A stretch of 64,000 nt of DNA from NCBI RefSeq assembly GCF_000150275.1, contig NW_002060945.1, positions 6,259,246 through 6,323,245 of the forward strand. The letters are read 5' to 3'. Made by a program: the position numbers and the translations under genes. This DNA comes from Trichoplax adhaerens. Its lineage: Eukaryota; Animalia; Placozoa. Every line of letters begins with the position of its first letter. Position 1 is the first letter of the stretch. Below, piece after piece: positions 13,364 through 26,900 of the stretch. The notes below the pieces were generated by a model. It did no database searches and was not told the DNA's origin. It was given only the letters and a program-made list of their open reading frames with translations.

Positions 13364-16300
13364 ATGGCGGGCACCCAGAAGTTTTTAGTTGTCGTCACAA
13401 TATTGGAAGGTAAGCCTATATAACTTTCATCATCCTTGATGGATGGTGAATGAAATAGATGATGAATGATTTGTTAGTGTAACACAAGATACAGAATCCC
13501 ACTTTTCCAACATTGTCCGTAGCCACCGATTGGAATTCACAAGCTTGCTGTCAATCGGAACTCGCTCGTCCGATGGACCATCATGCAAGTCCCTACCTCC
13601 ACTATGATGATTCACGACTAAATATATCATTTGGCCAATAGAAATAGACACATAGTGCAAGTAGCCTCTTGAAATATCGATGGACTCAATTGAAAAGGCC
13701 AATATTGTGCAATATTAGTATTATACTACCTTAATTTTGAGGGCTTATGCATTAGTAACGATTATTTTTTCTTGTCCGTGTAATACGGTACTGCCATCGA
13801 GTGATATTGCTTTACTTGTATCGAGCAACAAATCCATCGCTTATCTAAACAATTCCAATGGATTCCCTATCACTTTGTAAAATTTCAACGTTATCACTCA
13901 AATGCTCTCCTTTTACAATAATAGCAATTATCACACTACAAATGTCGCCCAATCTCAGATACCAAATGCCAAGTCATCATACATGCAATGCTGATTGATT
14001 GTATTCCCATCTAGACTACCTGTATAAACGATCGATTTAAATTCAATTTTTAAATTGGCGGTACGGATAATTTGAATAACAAGTTGAACTACTACAAATG
14101 GTGCACAGTCTCGGATACCCGATGCAAAGTCTTCTTACATTTGCAACCTTTGTAGGCTACGTGTATAAACCAACGATTCAAATTTAAATTCAAATTGGAG
14201 ATACTGATAATAATAACAAGTTTAATTAACGGTTACAAATGTTGCTTCCAGTCTCGGATACCAAATGCAAAGTCATCGTATAGACATGTAATCCTGATAG
14301 ATTGCATTTTCATGTAGACTACGTGCATAAACGATCAATTCAAATTCAAATTCAAATTGGAGATACTGGTAATAACAAGATCAACTACTATCATACTGTA
14401 CTGTACAAATGCCACCCAGTCTCTGATAGATTGCATTCCATGTAGGCTACTTACTATACAACAACTGTCGATTAAAGTGAAAATTGGAGGTAATGATGGA
14501 TACAAGTAGCGAGACAATCAACTGTTGATAAATGATGGAATGAACAATTCTTGAGATCTCACAATGCTATAATTTAGGTTCTTGATGATATGTTTGAGTG
14601 CTATTACATTTACCATTTATACGAGTAATAGAACGATTAAGGTATTCGATGAATACTAGTACTGTGCATTTAAGCAATATCGTTTCAGTTTACGGATTCA
14701 TTTTACAACCGTCAAAGGGATTTCGCCACCTTATAATTACAATATAATTTTAGTCAGTTCCTTGATTTTTAATGAATTAACCTAGATTTATTGTTACAGC
14801 CTACGCTATAATAATACGTACGTAATATATGTGATGGGATAACGTTTATTTCCTCTCATCGATTGTTACACTAACTGCTTAGATGAATGCGATCAAACCT
14901 GTAGATCGTGTGCACTTGCGATTAATATTGTCATTAGCTATCGCATGATGCATAATGTCATCTTTAAAAGTTTTTATATTTCACACGAACACTTACTTGA
15001 GATCATAAATAAGTAAAATGGTTGTAATTTGAAAGGTCGATACTTTCCAAGATTGCAAAATCATCAGCTCACGGTAGAAACTAAGTTTGATGGTGAATCT
15101 ATGAGTACGGATCCTGTCGGGCATACTAGCTCGCCATTCTTTGGGACTGAACTAGCATGGGAAATGGACAAGAAGGCATTACACCAACACCGTATGCAAA
15201 GGACACCAATTAAACTACAGGTACAAGTGTAGTGATATCATGCATTCCCAATTATATAAAGGCAAACACTAGTTTATTACTTAATAGTTATCATATATTA
15301 TACAATATAGCTTTGTATCTGATTGATTGTGAATTCTTCTTGACGCTAATATCATGCAATTGTTAGTGCATTGTTGAAGACTTAAGTATTGGTACACGAG
15401 AAGTTGCTGGCTATATCATGTTAGATTTAAGAATGGCGCAGAAAAAGCCACAAGTGAGATAACAAATAAATAACCTTTTGATGACTTTTAATTCTTAATT
15501 TGCATGGTATTTATCCTTAAAATCAAATCAATCCTGATACGATTTAGAAGGCAATTTGGTATCCTTTACTCAGTACGTCCGGCAATTATAAAAAGAGAAA
15601 ACCGGAATTGCAAGTAATGATGACCTTAGAAAGTGAAGCTAATGAAGATAACGAAAATAATTTTACTGCTCAACCTTTGCCTAAATACTTGCATAAAAAT
15701 CAAAAACGTAAGCATGCTATAATCATAAGTCGATTGACTACATGCAATATTACGTAGTGTACAGTACACATCTTTATTTGTGAATTATAAACCGTGCAAT
15801 AGACTGGCATCAAGAGCGTTATTGTACTATATTTTACTAGCACATAAATCAGGTAGCGAGTTGTCAAGTGCATCCGAAGACGAATTTCATACAAAGATCA
15901 ATCCGGTCTTAGTAGAAGATAGCGAAGGATTCTTTTTCCAAATTGGGCCTAATAAGAGGGCAGCAGATCATTTTTTGCTATCCTTATCTATACTATATGG
16001 AAAAAATTTAATACAGGTTATTGCTGCATTATGATAAGTAATAAAATCCAAGATTTACACTGGTAAATATACATATATTATGACTATCATTTTTAACCAT
16101 ACAGTATTCTCTATTTCTTAGCTAATCCCATCATCAGCACGATTGTCAGAAAAGAATCCTTCCGTTGCTGGATACTATTTTCGATACTATATTTTCGATA
16201 ACGAAATTACAAATATGTATTTTTACGATCTACTGAATCCTGAATTTAAACCAGAACGAGCATCGGTTCGACTACGAAGTAATCCCGAGTACTTAATAAA

Positions 16301-19300
16301 TTACTTTAGTCGTAATCCGGCCATTGAGGTATAATAAATTAAAATTTTTTATTCGTCTCTATTTAAATCCTCAAGGTAAAATTTACAAATTACTAGTAGG
16401 CAGATTTAACAAATCGTTATTAATCTATTGCAGATCGATCTTTGTTGTGGTCAACAAGTCCTTGGTGTTGCTCAAGTTCCCACTCAAGGATTATTGCAAA
16501 AGTTAGGATCAACCGCAGTAGATGGAATGTTCCACTTACTTATGCCAAATCAGTTGACACCCTGGGACTCTGATGCAGTAGCACCTGCAGTCAGTGTTAC
16601 CATCACTTTAAGAAGGTTGTCACAGTCAACAGAAACTCAAGCTAGCAAAAGCAAATCGAACGAAATGACTGTTGATCGGGAAAATCAAGGAAAAAGAGAA
16701 GATGGCCAAGCGAAGGAAAAGAACCAACCCATATACTCCATTAAATCGATAGAGGAAAATATAAAGACAGTGGTACTTGATGATGAGGGTCAAAAATTGG
16801 GTGAAAAGCCTCATAGTACTTACGATAGTAACCCTAATGCTGGAAAAGATATTTTAAATCAGGAGGTAATCAAATTTAAATATCAAGAATTGTTAATTAA
16901 TAATAAGAATTTGATTAAAAAAATCAATTATCTACTTTAAAAAATATCATGTAGGAAATAGGAAAACCTGCAGAGCCAGTATCAACAGCCGTTAATCAAT
17001 ATCTAGATGAAAATAATGCAAAGGCGACAACGTCTGTACTCACTGGTTCTAATCAATATCAAGCAATAGCTGCCAGAATAGAGCAAGGGCAACATCATTA
17101 TCGATTTACAATCGACCTTAGAACAATTCGAAACTTAAATGTCGGCTTTTATTGTAACTGCTTTTTGAGGTATAAGCACATTGTTAGAATTATGACATAC
17201 TGTACTGTATTTATGATATATATTAATGATTGCTTTTGTTTTGATAGATATACGTATCCATATTTTGGGAGTAGCTCTCCGATTATTACAGCTCCACCGA
17301 TTGAAATCACTCGTAATATGGAAGCTAGACTTCCTAACTCTCATTGCACCTTTAATTTCGCTTGTACGCCTAAAATGTTGCGCGATACTACAACCAAGTA
17401 AGTTTTGTTCAGTCAGATGATAGTGGATATTATTTTTGTAAATATAAAAATCATCGTCGGTATGATAAGTAATTAAACATTTTTAATAATTTAGTACGCC
17501 CTTAATGGTTGAAGTGTGGCATCGTGATAAAGTCAGCAATGATGTATTGATGGGTCTAGCTCAAATTTCACTAGCTGAAGTATTACAATGTGATAAGCAA
17601 AAGATTTCTGTAAGATCTTGTTTCCGTTAGTCGTTTCATTGATTTTGGATTCATTCATTTGTCACTATTTCGAGAAGGTTGTTAACATGGGTTTTACCTG
17701 TTTATGTACATAATCTGTATTCACAGCTTAGCACTGGGTCCGTAGGTTATAAGCAAAGTGTTAAGCGGACAACGCACATCACTTCCTCATCAGAGTAAGT
17801 TATTATCTCTATTAGATCATGCTAGATCCCAATTTCGTAAATTTCGTGTCGTTTACAGATTCATGATTTCTTGAGTTTAGAATAGTAGCAATTCGACATT
17901 TATGTGTTATGTTACATGATTGACCTACTCCTAGATCGAAAAGAATTGGTAATTTAGATATCATACTAGAACTGGACGATTTAGGCGAAGTTTTAAAACC
18001 TGATACGACTGCATCACGTGTAAGTTTATTTGCATTCATTTCTTATTAGCTCTTATATGCTATTGTATCATTGCTGACATTCATCCTTTTTGTTTAGTCA
18101 TCCGATGTACCTTCAATTGCAGCAAACGCCCATAACCAAACTGATACGTACAATCATTCTGATGTTGATCAATTTGAAAAGCACTACCGTGAAACGCCAC
18201 AATACCAGGCAGCGTTAGAACTGGAAATTTGGAAAGAAAAACAAAAGGACTTATTTCTCGCTGAGGTTACTAACAATAAATTTTGCTATCCAATTAAAAA
18301 CAGAATTGCCAAATATGCTTATCCTGTTTCACACAGTTAAAAAAGAAGGAAGAGGAATACATGAGACTGATGGCCCAAGAGTGGAAACAGAGAGACAGTG
18401 AACGAGAGATTCTAGTTAGAAAGAAGGTGAATTTCGAAGTGGATTCTTTATAGATTTTTATAATAGCAATTGTTAGTAAATCTGCGTTTATTCTTTACCT
18501 CTCAGGTTGATGAATATACCAAGTTGACGGATAAACTTAAGACCTCTATTGCTGACTTAGAAAAACGTGAGAGACAGCTAACCTTAGGAGAGAATGAACT
18601 GAGTCGTTTACGAGATGAAATCCAAAGGGAATTACAGTTAAAACTGAATGAAATGAACGAAGCATCTAGAAGATTCCAAGAAGATTGTGAACATCGAGTT
18701 ACATTGGAAAGGTATACATTACATTGATCAGCATTTGTAATGCCATCTATGATAAATTAGTAATCAATTTTAATTCTATCCTTTTAGGGCTAAGGTTCTT
18801 GATTTAGAAGAGCAAAAACAAAAGTTATTCGCCGATGTTAGTAGCTCTTGTTTATTTTATTTGCTATTAATCCTACTGAGATTTTTTATTCGGAAATGAA
18901 TCCAGTCATAACAAATTTATTTATCCTCTCCCGGAATTTTGCAGTTGAAAGAAGCTGAGAATCGATATAGAGAAAGGGAATCAGATTTTGATAAGTATAA
19001 GAATCAACAAAATAGTAAACCTGAGGCACAGCTCAGAGCTGATATTAACATGTTAACATTGGAAAAGGTTTGAAATTTATTGGATAATTTGTCATTTTTT
19101 CTATCGTTAAAGTCCATTATTCTTAGAATATAATCCTAACGAGTTACTATTTTGTTACGATTGCTTAGGTTGAGCTACAACGAAAGCTGGATGCTACTAT
19201 AAAATCGAAGCAACATTACAAAGAACAATGGAGTGAAGCATTGAAAGAATTAGCGCGGTTGAGAGAACGTGAACGTGTAAATGAAAAGACTAGACTGCAG

Positions 19301-19863
19301 AAACAAGCCAGAGAGTTAGAACATTTACGATTGCGCTATTTAGCGCAAGAAGAAAAGGGAGTAATGAAAAATGATAAAAATGAGTTGGAAACATTAAAAG
19401 AGGAGATTAAAAGGTAACTAAACTTATCAACGCAATAGTATCAACTCGTATTGATGGGTGAAATAGTAGATTGAATCCGTTCTGCTGTAGAGCAATGGAT
19501 TCTAAATTTAGATATTACTGCTAATTTTTGGTCTGTAACCAACCTTGCTTCAGCGTACTGATTCAAGACCTCAGAGAATATTGTATTTATCTGTAAATGA
19601 TGATCTATTTCAATACTTGCAGCCTGGCTACATCAATTCGGCAGACAGGCCACAAGACCCAGGAATTATCAACTGAATTAAAGGAAAAACAAAAGAAACA
19701 AGCTATCGCCGCTGAAGTCAACCAGGAAGAATTAGAACAGCAGATTGCCAGACTAATTGAAGAACGAGATACTTTAATGAGCGCTGGGGCATATACAGTA
19801 GACGATAAAATAATCCGTGAGCTAGATAAGAATATCAGAGATACTCTAGCCCGTCAGGCGTGA
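13364..19863 (+). CDS. CEP120: Centrosomal protein CEP120 (C2 domains plus C-terminal coiled coil), multi-exon
   Basis: Exon 1 (13364-13409, [15 protein letters not shown]) joins 15036 ([21 protein letters not shown]...[25 protein letters not shown]), matching the CEP120 N-terminus. Later exons contain [42 protein letters not shown] and [15 protein letters not shown]. Stop at 19861-19863. Confidence 0.93.
13935..14510. repeat. Degenerate tandem repeat, about 4 units of 140-170 bp, in CEP120 intron 1
   Basis: Recurring blocks TACAAATG..CAGTCTCGGATACC..ATGCAAAGTCATC..TAGACTAC..AAATTCAAATTGGAGATACTG..AATAACAAG. Confidence 0.8.
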
Positions 19864-20349
19864 TGACACTGCTGGTTGTGGCAAGAAATACTGTCGTTGT
19901 AGTAGTTTATATCGTTTTGTGTTGTACAGGTGCAAATACACCTGTGGCAAATTTTAAAAGTGTAATGTATTTAAAATATGACGAAACCGTTAATTTTTAA
20001 AAACTGCTACTGGTGCAGCTCATTCTTTCTCATATGCAGTTTTATTCTACAGTGTTGAAATCAAATTTGTCTTTTTAGCTATACTAAGGTCCATCATTGA
20101 TTTAATTTAACAAGCCAAGATCCACTGTTTTGTTCTTATACATCTACTGTATAAACGCACATGTGGCAGCGAATAGTTGTCATAACATAATTTATACGAG
20201 CATATAGTAGACACACTACACTAATACCGAAACCTAGATCCATGTAGTAGCTCAATAGCCTAGATTTAAAACAATTTCGTTTTATTTATTTTGAAAGTAC
20301 AAATGATTATTACAAGACGTAACCATACGAGGTACAGTACAGTTGGTAA

Positions 20350-22088
20350 TTAAAACTGGATCATTTGTCCCTGTAATAAGAAAGTAATGATAATAAGATT
20401 ACCTATTAAGGCAATATATATTATATTAGCGAGTTGAATCAAATGCTTGCTAAACTGTATATATATATATAATAACTTGCATCGTTTTGAAAAGTATACT
20501 GTTTCAGTGTTATTACCGAGATACGTAATGTACAATCAATAAATCATTCAACATTTATTCTATGGCATTGGCAATAAACGATTCTGTTATCTCGACTAGC
20601 AAACGTAGCAAAGTATCTAATTGAAATGCACTTCGCTGTATTTGTTACAAGTCAAAAAATAATACATATACAGTACCTTTCTCTTCTTATCACCACCAAG
20701 TTCGAAATGTTTGCATCGTTTCAATGCCATCATCTTACGCGCCTTAGTTTCTGTACATTCTAACCGTAAAACAATCTTTTTCGTGGTTTTTGCCTAATGA
20801 ACAGATAGGAATCCGAATGTTATTTGATATCATACGTTAGGTATCAATACGAAATTCACATCGCATTGTATTTAATGAAACTGAATATAAGGGATTTTTG
20901 TATGAGATTAAATTCACTTTGGTTTAACACAACAACTTGGTACCTTTTTGTGAAAGATAGGCTTCGTTTGGCCTCCATAACCTCTTTGTTTTCGATCATA
21001 CCGACGTTTCCCTAAGTATTTGTTCAAGATTTGATAGTAACAACGTGTTATCCAAGATACAACAGGAGATGCTGGTAATGTGCATTGGTGAAGACAATTT
21101 AACACATCCAGAGGCTTATACTAGTATTCATCATGGAGAATGCATCTTTAAATCAATTTATATTAGGGACACTTGTGCTTTTGCATTTGTGCTAATTTGC
21201 ACACACCAATAATATCAGAATTCAAGTTTATCATCTCTGCATAATTCAGTAGCAGAACTGGTAAAGTTTTCATCATAGTACATAGTCTCGACGTTGTGTC
21301 CCGTTCAGTTTAAAATTTGAATAAAAGTACAAAATTCTATTGCTCAATTTAAAAAGTACAAGGAAAACTGAATTATAAGCCCCACCAGCAAAATATAGTA
21401 TCATTCTATAGGTTGTTGAATAGGGTACTGGTGTGAGATATCGCTAGTATTGAGTATCTATCTACTGTATTCATAAAAACGATCAAGCTAATCATGATCA
21501 TATCCACAAAACTTAGAAATTGTTGTACTATGTCATTGTCAATATATCAAGATCACTAGGTTCCTATCACGACAGTCGTGCGAAAAGAAATCTTTGCAAA
21601 TTACAAAATTCTTCCACAAGGACTGTATAGCAACCTAAGCTATTCTGAGTTTGTTGGTGCAGTACTGTATTGATTTCAAGCGATCATCGATCGAATCAAT
21701 TACCTACTTTCCCATTGTACAGACATTGCCAATTTGTGTTGATATCAACTAACCTTGTGGATGAACAGAAGCTTTTCCAGCTTTATATTGGGTAACTTTA
21801 TGGACGGTATGCCTTTTGGCTTTTTTACAATAAGTCCTACGAACCTTGGGTACGTTAACCTATTCAAAGGCAAAGGTGCAAAAGTCAGCATTTTAACGAT
21901 CACAACGACAAAGTGAACGGATGCCTGTCCGTGGCAAATTCGTTCTTCAGTAGCAAGTTTATTGGTTTCAAATAGCGATAGGAAGTTAAAATAACCGTGA
22001 TAAGAGTCATTTATGATAAAAATGTTCAACAGAAGTAACCGATGGCAGCAATAGCCTATGGATGAACTACATTGATCTTACTCACCAT
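20350..22088 (-). CDS. RPL36A: 60S ribosomal protein eL42 (L36a/L44); exons 22088-22086, 21859-21754, 21011-20944, 20793-20677, 20370-20350; 104 aa
   Basis: Spliced product [104 protein letters not shown]. All introns are GT-AG with consistent phases. Confidence 0.97.
21212..21280 (-). ncRNA. SNORD38: Box C/D snoRNA, U38/SNORD38-like, in RPL36A intron 2 (same strand as host)
   Basis: Minus strand reads ATGATGA (C) AAACTTTACCAGTTCTGCTA CTGA (D') ATTATGCAGA GATGATA (C'-like) AACTTGAATT CTGA (D). The guide CCAGTTCTGCT is complementary to conserved LSU rRNA AGCAGAACTGG and matches human U38 as recalled (TGATGAAAACTCTGTCCAGTTCTGCTACTGA). Confidence 0.88.
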
Positions 22089-22107
22089 GTTGAAAGTGAA
22101 ATGGCAC

Positions 22108-22120
22108 GGAACGAAAAGAA
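22108..22120 (-). promoter_or_regulatory. Pyrimidine-rich TCT/5'TOP-like initiator of RPL36A
   Basis: TTCTTTTCGTTCC about 20-30 nt upstream of the ATG-only first coding exon, typical of ribosomal protein genes. Confidence 0.55.
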
Positions 22121-22157
22121 CCAGTTTGGCTGTTGGGTAAGAATTTAAACTGTTTGT

Positions 22158-23150
22158 GTACTGTATGGTGCAGTACATTACAGTACTGTATGTACAGTAC
22201 AGTAATCCACGCGCGTCGTGCGCATTTTCACCATCCATTTTGTACTGTACACTGTAGAGTTGTAACTGTACACTGTAGCATACAGTACAGTGATGTACAG
22301 TGTTCATTATAATGTGCTATACTGTACAATCTACCGTATCACTTGCACGGAACACAATACAGTAATGTTATGTTGTACAGTACAGTAACAGGATCGTAAA
22401 AACGTGGCCATTGCCCAATGAGTACTGTACTGTACTGTATATAGATCATAAAGGTATTGAACCGAACCGGACCAAATCGATCTGCACCGATCTGAGATCT
22501 ACCAATGACTGCCACATACTGTACAGTGTACAGTACCACGCCATACTGTACTATCGACTGTACCGTACAGTACGCCTGAAAGGAAGTACTGTAAACAAAA
22601 GCATGCTAGGGACTCCAGTCCTGTAACTCGAATAATCATGTTCACAGGATTGTAAAATCGACCAGTTCATGACTACAGTACGGCATAAAGTGTAAAAACG
22701 AACCTGGCCGCTTTCATCAGCTCCGATATCTGATGAACTTTTGCATTTCTTAAGAAATGAGATGTAAAACAGACCATACTCTCTAAGTAGAAAAAGTAGA
22801 CTCTCTTCTAGTTCTAGCAACTGGTTAACATCAGGTCCCTACAGTGTACAGTCTACTGTCGTTAGCATACAGTACTGTACCGGATTCAAAATTATACTGT
22901 ACTGTACAGTAGTATCACACACAGGTCACGACGGTCCAGTACAGTCTTATGTACTGTAGAAAGGTTCCCATTGAAAAGCATTTCGCTGACACAATTGTGA
23001 ACAACACCCACGTGGACACGTTTGCTACAGAACACAGTACTGTACAATGTACAGTACATACCGTAAATCAACAGCAACTTGTACAGATGGTCTACAGTAC
23101 TGTACTGTACTGTACAGTACTGTCCTGTACTGTGTAATATACTGTACAGT
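22158..23150. repeat. TACAG/CTGTA-rich low-complexity blocks (about 22158-22600 and 22840-23150)
   Basis: Dense interspersed TACAGTA, TACTGTA and GTAC words in both orientations, e.g. TACAGTACTGTACTGTACTGTACAGTACTGT near 23093. Confidence 0.8.
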
Positions 23151-23402
23151 GTATATCTTCAATACACTTATCCAAACATATCGGCCAGTTGTTAGCAAAA
23201 CTATCATGAAGATCTTGATTTAATTCGTTAAAACTCGTCCAATTTGCCTATTCATTATTATTATAGACTAGCTTACACGGACCTTTTTTAATTTTGGAAT
23301 AGAAGCAGATTTCATCTTAAGTTGGTAGGCCTAACTTTATTGTGGTTGAGTAAACTCATACAGAATAAGATATAGTCAAGCGCATTACATCCATCGAGGG
23401 AA

Positions 23403-23980
23403 TGTCGGGGCTCATAACACAAATACTTCCAGTTGATTCATATACGGTATTTCAGGGCTCATTGCACAAATACTTCCAGTTGATTAGTTGATTCGTACAG
23501 GGTGGTGCGTTAATTCCATCATAATAAGAGTTTCATAATTTTTGCCATTTCATCAGATCGATTACAGGGTTGACAGGCTCCTTCGATCATATATATGTAT
23601 ATGTTACCTATATATATATATATATAATTATCCATATACGGTATGTCAGGGCTCATTGCACAAATACTTCCAGCTAATTAGTTGATTCGTACAGGGTGGT
23701 GCGTTAATTCCATCATAATAAGACTTTCATAATTTTTGCCATTTCATCAGATCGATTACAGGGTTGACAGGCTCCTTCGATCATATATATGTATATATGT
23801 ATATAATTATCCATATACGGTATGTCAGGGTTCATTGCACAAATACTTCCAGTTGATTCGTACGGCATGGTGCGTTAATTCCATCATAATAAGATTTTCA
23901 TAAATTCTTGCCATTTCATCAGATCGATTACAGGGTTGACAGGCTCCTTCCATTATATATATGTATCTATATATAATTAT
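23403..23980. repeat. Tandem repeat, 3 near-identical units of about 180-195 bp plus a partial unit, with internal (TA)n
   Basis: Units start TATACGGTAT at about 23441, 23635 and 23814 and share GGTGCGTTAATTCCATCATAATAAGA...CAGATCGATTACAGGGTTGACAGGCTCCTTC. Confidence 0.93.
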
Positions 23981-26900
23981 AGTATTTGCACATACGAGTA
24001 TAGTTGCGGTACATTTCCGGTACATTTTACACGCTTTAGAATCTGTTGTGCGCTAGTTAGCACGGTTATCCAACAATTCTGCGATATTATAATAGCGTGA
24101 TAATTAAATTATTCATTGACAGTAATAATATTTCAACCCTCATACTTTATTCATAGCTTATTTAGGCTATAATTCATGATGGATCAACTTCATCTACATA
24201 TTTTATTTTGCGTGAATATGCTTCAAAGTTTTAGTGACATAATTATTGATAGTGGAAATCAGCAGAATTGAAATATCCTATTTTTGTTTATGTACAAGCA
24301 TATTCCAATATTGTATTCAATTAGTTCTATAATTATTGTATTGGTAATTAAATAGACCATGGTATTAATTGTAGCTGGTATAGAAATAGAGGTTATATAC
24401 AGAGCATAAAAAATTGATGCGAAACACAATTGCAAGACGTAAATCAATAGAATTTTTATTTCTGCAAGAATATCAAATCGACTCCAAAAATACACTTATA
24501 TGCTCTATAAAGTAGATGTAAAAATTAAATTTGCAAATGCAGAGATTATAGCATCGATTACAACGATATCAAATGAGAAAATTATACTGTATTCATTAAG
24601 ATCATTATTAGTTTTGATTTATATGTGAAAATACTGTCAGAAAATTTCTTACAATGCATCAAACAAAAGCAAGTAAAAGTAACATCATAATCGAATCAAA
24701 GATTAGAGTAATAATAAGTTGGCGAGAATTTGACAAGAAGGGTATACTACGCTATGTCGTGAGATAGAAATAGTCTCAATCGTAAAATTTTTTGCTTTAT
24801 CCAGCTACAGTTTTGATTTACATAGAAAGCCCAAACTTGATTGAAAATGCTTACTGAATGCACAGTAAATTATGCTCATACTATTTTATCTATTTGTTTA
24901 GCTTACTTATTTTTAAGGCTAGGGTAATGACTTTTGATACGAAAGTAAACGAAAAACAATATCATGCTATTATCATAATAAAACAACTGGTCAAAATCAT
25001 TGTTGACTAGGGTTGATTTTAATTTTTAGCCATGACTATTTACCTTCAAGAATGAATAAATGAATAGTATACACCTCATGTAAATTAAAATATAGACAAC
25101 GTTGTAAATAACCACTGTGACGATAGCCCCATCGAGTGTACTGTAGACTATGTTGTATCATGTCTAATCAATTATCTAATAACAACGGTTAGACCGTTGA
25201 AGATGATCCTATTATAGTATCTATCTAATTAATCGTGGTCCCAAAAATCTCAGTTTGACTTCTTATCCCTTCCGATCTCGATAGTCTAGATATTTATAAG
25301 ATCCAATGATACTGCTACCGTTCAAGTACAAAATCCAGTTAATTCGCGAAATGCCTGGTCAATTTTCAAAATGCCATGCATCTTGTATTATTAAGCGATA
25401 CAAATGCTTTAAGGCTAATGCTAATGCTAAGTGCCACAGTAAATGTCATAGTTAGAGAACTTGTAAAAATAAATAATAATTTTCGTAATCAGAACATTAT
25501 CAATTCAATAATAACTACTTAATTGATACCACTATCAAATAAATAATACCTTTAAAAGAAACAAGGCTTAACGACTATTATAGTCCAACATTGTTAATTA
25601 TAAAATATGCATAGTTGATGAATTGTATAATGAATAGTGATTAGAAAGGATATTATGGTAGTATGCAAGGAGATGTCAATTTTGTTCTTAAATCTAAAAG
25701 TATGGTAATATTCCTCCATACATCTAATTCATCGACTATACAGACTATAGAACAAAAGTTGTTGATTACTATCGGATTGAAATAATTTAGAATAACTGTA
25801 ATCCTAGGACCAATAAGATGAATTATTTTATTGTATTGATCAAGATGCTACTGTTAAGAAAGAATAAATTACATAACAATATGATCTATTCACTTCAACA
25901 TTGACGTAAGATGGAATTGTATTCTTTAGGTGCCTCAGTAATGTTGAATTATTTTTCAAGATATATTTTTCTATCTATCAAATAATTGATGCTTATGAAG
26001 TATAGCTTAATACAGAAAAGATCAATCGATTGAAATACCGATGGCTTGTATTTATTCATATTATACATTATAATAGATATACAGTGAATCAACAGGTAAT
26101 ACCCCCCTCCTCTCTTCATTCCTGACTCGAGAACTTTTGATGATAGTGAATATATGAATATAATTAATTTGAGTTATTTTTATAGTCGGTCGCTAATGAC
26201 CCGCTAATGTATTGTATTATTTATAAAGTAGGCTGTTAGGCAACCAAATATGTATCTATAATAGACTGCCAGTAGTGGGTTGAAAAAGTCAGTAAGTTTT
26301 AATACTAATGAATAGAGTCTATTTGCATATATTTTATACAAGTGGGTATAGTCCATACTGATTCATATTACGCTTTATACAATTGGTTGCAATCTATACT
26401 GTAGACTATATTAATAAATGGTCTTTACCTATTTAAGATACGGTCGATCCTTTTTTTCTTATCGTCTATAGACTGTCTGATCGAGGATAGTCCTACCATT
26501 ATTGTATTTTCAAGATATTTAATAATTTCAAGTGAAATTAGAATTACTTGAATTTTACTTTTAATGCATGTTGGCTATTATAACTCATTTCAATTGGATG
26601 ATAAGTCATACTGTTATGATTGATCGCCGGTTTTAATCCAGTTCTATTCTATATCAGAAGCAAAATATGTAAGTGACCAAACATTAAGTTATTCTTTTCT
26701 TATTACCATTATATCATCATCATTTGGATATAACGCTACAGTGATCCCTTCCTATTTTAGAATAAAGCTAATTGGATATTATCGATGGAGTAATTTCTGA
26801 TTCTATCTCTTTCTATATATATACTATTTAGTCCTTTATAGTAACATATTAAGATAAAAATGATGATTGTAGATTAGATTGACTCGAGGGGAATTAATTA

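Noticed and set aside
21128-21134. Second C box (ATGATGA, minus strand) in RPL36A intron 2, and TTGCTACTGAA in intron 1
   Set aside because: No partner D box or C box at a suitable distance.
21745-22029. 94-aa minus-strand ORF
   Set aside because: Wrong-frame overlap of RPL36A exon 2 plus intron.
22730-22760. Hammerhead-like CTGATGA...GAAA
   Set aside because: No stem II closing pair between the two motifs, and CTGATGA is better paired with upstream TCATCAG.
22056-23207. Tyr/Cys/Thr/Val-rich short ORFs on both strands
   Set aside because: Translations of the TACAG/CTGTA low-complexity DNA.
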